Positions 59,439 through 64,000 of a stretch of DNA of 64,000 nucleotides are shown here, in pieces. Source of the stretch: an uncultured Solirubrobacterales bacterium (GTDB taxonomy: Bacteria; Actinomycetota; Thermoleophilia; Solirubrobacterales; Solirubrobacteraceae); assembly GCA_963708315.1 (NCBI GenBank), contig OY970204.1:954272-1018271 (forward strand), read 5' to 3'. The notes beneath the pieces were generated by a model that saw only the letters and a list, made by a program, of their open reading frames with translations, did not search any database and was not told where the DNA came from. The translations under genes were made by a program, and so were the position numbers. Each line of letters starts with the position of its first letter. Positions within the stretch are counted from its first letter, which is position 1.

Positions 59439-60695
59439 ATGACCTGTACCACGACTGCCCAAAGTACCTACCCGAGGGGTGGCGTCATGGCGTTGCTCCT
59501 CGCCGCGCTGCTGGCCTGTGTGCTGATGTGCGGCCTTGGCGCGTTGGCTGCTACTACGCCCGTCGCGCACGCTGAAGGGCCCGGCGAAGGCTCGCCCTGG
59601 GTTACGAGCCTCGGCGACTCCTACATTTCCGGCGAGGCCGGGCGCTGGGCGGGGAACACGAACGAAAGCTCCTCGCATATCGACGCACTCGGATCGACGG
59701 CCTACTTCGACAACGCGGGCCACACCGCCGAACTGATCCCCGGCTGTCATCGCTCGGCCTCCGCCGAGGTCTACATCGGTGGCGGCGTGAGCGGTGAGAA
59801 CCTCGCCTGCTCGGGCGCCAAGACCTCGAGCTTTACAACCGAAGGCAAATTCAAGCCGGGCATCGACTTCTACAACTCCGGCGGCAACGAAGGCCAGGCG
59901 CTGATGCTCCAGCACTTCGCGGCCTCTCACAACGTCAAACTGGTGGCCCTCTCGATCGGCGGCAACAACTTCAACTTCGCCTCGATCGTGCAGACGTGTG
60001 TCCTTGACTGGCTGACATCACCGTCGTGGTGGCCGAACTTCTGTTACGACGACTCCTCGGTTAAGGAAAACTTCACGACCGCGAACATCGCCACGCAGAA
60101 GGCCGCCATCAAGGGCGCGATCCAGAACGTCGCGCAGGCGATGACGAACGCCGGCTACAACAGCTCGCAATACACGATCCTCGTCCAGGACTACCCCTCG
60201 CCGATCCCCAACGGCTCGGGCTTCCGCTACTCGCAGAGCGGCTTTACCCGTCAGACGGTGGGCGGCTGCGGGTTCTGGAACGAAGACGCAAACCGGGCCA
60301 ACTCCGAAATGCTGCCGACGATCGACAGCACGGTGTTCGGCGCGGCCACCGAAGCGGGCCTGTCGAACGTCAAGACGATGGAACTGTCAGGCGCGTTCAA
60401 CGGCCGGCGTCTGTGTGAGAACACCGTGGGCCTGCTGGAGGAAAAGGGCCTGTCCTCGTGGACCTCGCCGGGCGCCGTCGACAAAACCGAGTGGGTCAAC
60501 CAGATTCGCACGGTCTCGGCGATCTTGCCCCCATATGAAATCCAGGAAGATCTGCACCCGAACTACTGGGCGCAGCTGGCGTTGCGCAACTGCGTGACCC
60601 AGGCCTATAACTCCGGTACGCCCAAAGGCGGCACGTGCACGATCTCCGGCACGGGCCTGAACTCTGCGGGCGAGCCGAATATGTCGCTGCACTGA
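59439..60695 (+). CDS. Secreted SGNH/GDSL hydrolase (Streptomyces esterase-like)
   Basis: Signal peptide; SLGDSYISG, CHRS, ACSGA, SIGGN, EDLHPN. Confidence 0.85.
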   Translation: MTCTTTAQSTYPRGGVMALLLAALLACVLMCGLGALAATTPVAHAEGPGEGSPWVTSLGDSYISGEAGRWAGNTNESSSHIDALGSTAYFDNAGHTAELIPGCHRSASAEVYIGGGVSGENLACSGAKTSSFTTEGKFKPGIDFYNSGGNEGQALMLQHFAASHNVKLVALSIGGNNFNFASIVQTCVLDWLTSPSWWPNFCYDDSSVKENFTTANIATQKAAIKGAIQNVAQAMTNAGYNSSQYTILVQDYPSPIPNGSGFRYSQSGFTRQTVGGCGFWNEDANRANSEMLPTIDSTVFGAATEAGLSNVKTMELSGAFNGRRLCENTVGLLEEKGLSSWTSPGAVDKTEWVNQIRTVSAILPPYEIQEDLHPNYWAQLALRNCVTQAYNSGTPKGGTCTISGTGLNSAGEPNMSLH

Positions 60696-60706
60696 TGGAT
60701 AGGTCC

Positions 60707-62149
60707 TTATCCTGCCGGGAGCGTGCCAGGCTGGGGTGAGGCGCCCTGAATGGGAGCGGTGGCCGGGAGCGTCTCGGCCACCGTCTCCATACTCGAACGC
60801 GCGGGGGCGCGTCCCACCGCGAGCAGCGACACGCCGGCGAGCAGGCTAGCCGCCAGCATGAACTTCCAGCCGCCGTCGAAGTCGTCGGCGCTGTGCGGGG
60901 TCCCGAGCACGGCGATCAGGATCGCGAACCCCAGCGCCGAGCCGAGCTGGCGTCCGGTCGTCTGCACCGCGATCCCCGTCGCCAGGCGCTCCGGCGGTAG
61001 CGTCGCGGCCACGGCGCCGGTCAGCGAGGGGATCACGAACCCCACGCCGAGCCCGCCGATCAGCATGCCGGGCAGGTACTCCGAGGCGTACTGTGGCTCA
61101 GAGCCCAGGTGCCCGATCCACCACACCCCGCCGAGGGCGAACAGAACCGTGCCGAGCGCGCCCACGCGACCGGGCCCGAAGCGTGCGCCCAAGCGCGCGC
61201 CGGGGATCGCGGTGAGCGCGGCCATCGCCGGGCCCGGTGAGATCATCAGGCCGGCCGTGAGGATCGGCTCATGCCAGATGCCGGTGAGGAACAGCACGCT
61301 CGCCAGCAGCATCCCCGCGAACCCGGCGAAGAACAGCAGCGACCCGAGCGTGGCGGCGCTGAACGCGCGCACTGCAAGCAGCTGGGGCTCGACGATCGGG
61401 GCGGGGTGAGTGACGATGCGACGCGCGAGCAGGGCGATCAACACCGCCGAGAGCGCGAGCAGCGACAGGATCGCGGCGCTCGACCAGCCCCAGCTCCCGC
61501 CCTGGACGATCGCCACAGTCAGCGCGGCCACGCCGGTGCTCAGCAACGCCGCGCCCAGCAGATCCGGCCGGACATCCTCGGCGTCGGGGTGGCGGATCTC
61601 TCTCAGCACGCGCCGACCGGCGATCAGGCCGGCGATGCCGACCGGGACGTTGACGATGAACACCCACCGCCAGCCGGCCTGCACGAGCAGACCGCCAAGA
61701 GGAGGGCCGGCCGCGGCGGCGATCCCGCCGACCGCCGCCCAGGCACCGATCGCGATGTGGCGCTGCTCCGCTGGAAACTCTGGCAGCAGCAGCCCGAGCG
61801 AGGCCGGCATCAGCAGTGCCGCGCCGAGACCCTGGACCGCGCGCGCCCCGACGAGCACTGGAATCGATGGCGCCGCGGCGCAGGCGGCCGAGGCGGCGAC
61901 GAACAGGCCGACGCCGAGCAGAAACGCGCGCTTGCGTCCGAACCCGTCAGACCAGCGTCCCGCGACGATCAGGAACGCGGCGAACACGATCGTGTAGGCG
62001 TTCAGGATCCACGACAGTGACGCCAAGCTCGTGCCGGGGAAATCGGCGTGAATCTGGGGGAATGCGATGTTGACGATGAACACGTCCAGGCCGGCCATGA
62101 ACACGCCGACCACCACGACCATCAGGACCTTCCATTTGCGCTCCATCAT
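60707..62149 (-). CDS. MFS efflux transporter, DHA2-like
   Basis: D.FIVNIA.P, WILNAY, GRWSDGFGRKR, RAVQG.G, GPPLGG, WRWVFIVNVPVG. Confidence 0.9.
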   Translation of the reverse strand: MMERKWKVLMVVVVGVFMAGLDVFIVNIAFPQIHADFPGTSLASLSWILNAYTIVFAAFLIVAGRWSDGFGRKRAFLLGVGLFVAASAACAAAPSIPVLVGARAVQGLGAALLMPASLGLLLPEFPAEQRHIAIGAWAAVGGIAAAAGPPLGGLLVQAGWRWVFIVNVPVGIAGLIAGRRVLREIRHPDAEDVRPDLLGAALLSTGVAALTVAIVQGGSWGWSSAAILSLLALSAVLIALLARRIVTHPAPIVEPQLLAVRAFSAATLGSLLFFAGFAGMLLASVLFLTGIWHEPILTAGLMISPGPAMAALTAIPGARLGARFGPGRVGALGTVLFALGGVWWIGHLGSEPQYASEYLPGMLIGGLGVGFVIPSLTGAVAATLPPERLATGIAVQTTGRQLGSALGFAILIAVLGTPHSADDFDGGWKFMLAASLLAGVSLLAVGRAPARSSMETVAETLPATAPIQGASPQPGTLPAG

Positions 62150-62238
62150 TCGTTCGCTCCTCTCATGCCGGCTCGACGGGGTAACCTCGCCGTCCAATCG
62201 GGTTGCGTGAAAAAACTCACTGCCGGGACCCTACCCCA

Positions 62239-62256
62239 TTGCGTTTTATGATGCAA
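62239..62256. promoter_or_regulatory. Candidate operator between MFS and HxlR genes
   Basis: Imperfect palindrome TTGCGT-N6-ATGCAA in the divergent intergenic region. Confidence 0.35.
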
Positions 62257-62282
62257 CTAACTCGTGATATCGTGACCAGGGG

Positions 62283-62756
62283 ATGCTCGGGTCCGACTAC
62301 GACAATCAGAACTGCTCGATCGCCCGCACGCTGGAGCTTGTCGGCGAGCGCTGGACGTTCCTGGTGCTGCGCGACGTGTTCCTCGGCGTGCGCCGCTTCG
62401 ACGCCCTGCAACGCGACCTCGGAGTCGCCCGCAACGTGCTCTCGGCGCGCCTGGAGCGGCTCGTCGGCGAGGGCGTGCTGATGAAGGTCCCCTATAGCGA
62501 GCGTCCACTGCGCTACGAGTACCGCCTCACCGACAAGGGAGTGGACCTATGGCCGGTCGTCGTCGAGCTGCTGCACTGGGGCGATCGCTACGCCGCGCCC
62601 GGTGGCCCGCCGATCGTCTTGCGCCACAAGGGCTGCGGCGGCGAGCTCGGCGAGCGGCGCATATGCTCGCGCTGCGGAGAGCCGCTGGACGCGCGCGACG
62701 TGCGTGCCGAGCCCGGCCCGGGGGCGAAGCCCGAAGTGGCCGCGTCCCCCGCCTGA
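62283..62756 (+). CDS. HxlR-family winged-HTH regulator
   Basis: CSIARTLELVGERWT, RRFD, L..RL..L, YEYRLTDKG, WGD, H..CG...C..CG. Confidence 0.9.
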   Translation: MLGSDYDNQNCSIARTLELVGERWTFLVLRDVFLGVRRFDALQRDLGVARNVLSARLERLVGEGVLMKVPYSERPLRYEYRLTDKGVDLWPVVVELLHWGDRYAAPGGPPIVLRHKGCGGELGERRICSRCGEPLDARDVRAEPGPGAKPEVAASPA

Positions 62757-62816
62757 ACCGCTACTTGTGGGGACGTCGGGGGTTCTATGAGCAGACCCCC
62801 CTACAAGGAGCCCATC

Positions 62817-63626
62817 ATGCGCACCATCGACATCACTCGTCAGATGCGCAGAACGTCCGCCTGTCTGGCCATGCTCGGCCTGACCGCCTTCGTCCTGCCG
62901 GCCGTCTCATCGGCCTCCACCTGCAGCACGGCGGGACCCTGCCCGACGGTGACGCTGATCGCGAAAGCCGTCCCGATTAAGGGCTTCCCGGGTACCGGCA
63001 ACAAACTCGGCGCCGGCGCTGCTCTGGAAGCGAAATACACGCTCAAAGGCACCGAATCGACTGGCGGCGTCGTCTCGCAGATCACGCACGTCAACTTCTT
63101 CCTGCCCGCCGGCACGAAGATCAATCAAAAGGGCTTTGTGACCTGCTCGGCGGCGACGCTTGAAAACATCGGTCCAAGCGGTTGCCCCAAGAAGTCGCAG
63201 GCGAGCCCCGTGGGCACCGCGGGAGTGGTCGATCCGATCGGCGGGGAACTCGTCAAAGAGAACGCGACGCTGCAGGCGTTCTTCGCGCCCGGCGGCGGTC
63301 TGCAGTTCTACGCCAATGCGGCCTCGCCGATCTCCGCGCAGTTGCTCGTCGCCAAAGGGCGCATCATGAACGCGAAAGCCCCCTATGGGCCGGAGCTCAA
63401 CACTGAAGTCCAGCTGGTCCAGTCGGTTCCAGGCGCGCCGCCGGTGTCGACCGAATCGATCAACATCAAGGTCGGCGCCGCCTACAAGAAGGGCAAGAAG
63501 ACGGTCTCCTACGGCACGCTGCCCAAGAAGTGCCCCAAGGGCGGGTTCCCGGTCAAGTCCGAAATCACCTTCGCGACCGGGGCAACCGTAACCACGCTGT
63601 ACAAGGCGCCCTGCCCCAAGAAGTAG
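62817..63626 (+). CDS. Secreted Cys-containing protein, single-repeat relative of 40335..43268
   Basis: AAGGAG RBS; signal peptide; LPAG......F.TCS...L....CP..S motif; CPKGG. Confidence 0.7.
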   Translation: MRTIDITRQMRRTSACLAMLGLTAFVLPAVSSASTCSTAGPCPTVTLIAKAVPIKGFPGTGNKLGAGAALEAKYTLKGTESTGGVVSQITHVNFFLPAGTKINQKGFVTCSAATLENIGPSGCPKKSQASPVGTAGVVDPIGGELVKENATLQAFFAPGGGLQFYANAASPISAQLLVAKGRIMNAKAPYGPELNTEVQLVQSVPGAPPVSTESINIKVGAAYKKGKKTVSYGTLPKKCPKGGFPVKSEITFATGATVTTLYKAPCPKK

Positions 63627-63640
63627 TCGCATGCTGCAGC

Positions 63641-63753
63641 CGGACCGTCGCGCCGAGGGTCGCGGCGGTCCGTAGCGGTCGCAGGCGGCGGCGGTGGGTC
63701 ACGTCGCGGCTTTGCGAAAGACGGCTGGGTGAGCCCTGCTCCCTCACCCAGCC
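63641..63753. terminator. Two GC hairpins between convergent genes
   Basis: CGGACCGTCGCG/CGCGGCGGTCCG (63641-63672) and perfect 11-bp GGCTGGGTGAG/CTCACCCAGCC (63723-63753). Confidence 0.45.
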
Positions 63754-63846
63754 ACATACTTCGCCTGAAGAACCGTCAGTCCTGTGCTGCGACGGCGAGC
63801 GGGTACGCCGCCACTGGGCTGTTCTTCGACGGGCCGGCGGCGAGCC

Positions 63847-64000
63847 TCAGCGGTCGTAAGCGTCGATCGCGCGCACCGACAACCAGGTGAGCACTAGGCC
63901 GGTGACGAGGATCACGCCGCAGCAGATCGCGAGCTTGTCAAGCACCCAGCCTTCGAGCACGAGCGAGCGCAGCCCTTCGATCACGTAGCTGACCGGGTTG
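63847..64000 (-). CDS. ABC-2 type transporter permease, 3' end only
   Basis: Minus strand reads NPVSYVIEGLRSLVLEGW...TM...RAIDAYDR-stop. Confidence 0.75.
   Translation of the reverse strand, partial: NPVSYVIEGLRSLVLEGWVLDKLAICCGVILVTGLVLTWLSVRAIDAYDR

Overview
High-GC actinobacterial chromosomal segment, inferred to be Thermoleophilia/Solirubrobacterales-like from gene content (mreBCD-mrdA-rodA, TetR-wHTH regulator, Cys-rich secreted repeat proteins). In order: (1) an ICEBs1/Tn916-type conjugation-pore cluster (conB-conC-conD-conE-conG-cwlT-like) with no relaxase, coupling protein or integrase in view; (2) a ferredoxin reductase; (3) a cobalamin riboswitch heading an ECF uptake operon with DUF4430-like proteins and an S-component fused to an alpha/alpha barrel, then PAP2 and PduO; (4) pntAA-pntAB-pntB, a trypsin-like protease, a TA-like pair, glpD, folP and a 164-bp MITE; (5) a degenerate Rho, a hypothetical gene, and a tandem array of six different ~24-bp palindromes centred on CATG between divergent promoters; (6) APC-Usp permease, DUF3352 lipoprotein, and mraZ-rsmH-ftsL-ftsI cut off by an island (TetR, two large secreted proteins, Phd-VapC); (7) mreBCD-mrdA-rodA-rng-rplU-rpmA-obgE, an XRE-nucleotidyltransferase pair, proB-proA-nadD-rsfS; (8) SGNH hydrolase, MFS/HxlR, a secreted protein and a partial ABC permease. 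The most unusual signals are the 24-bp-periodic palindrome array (28283-28425) and the neighbouring Rho that lacks catalytic residues and pore loops. All assignments are by eye from motifs and gene order; no database searches were run.
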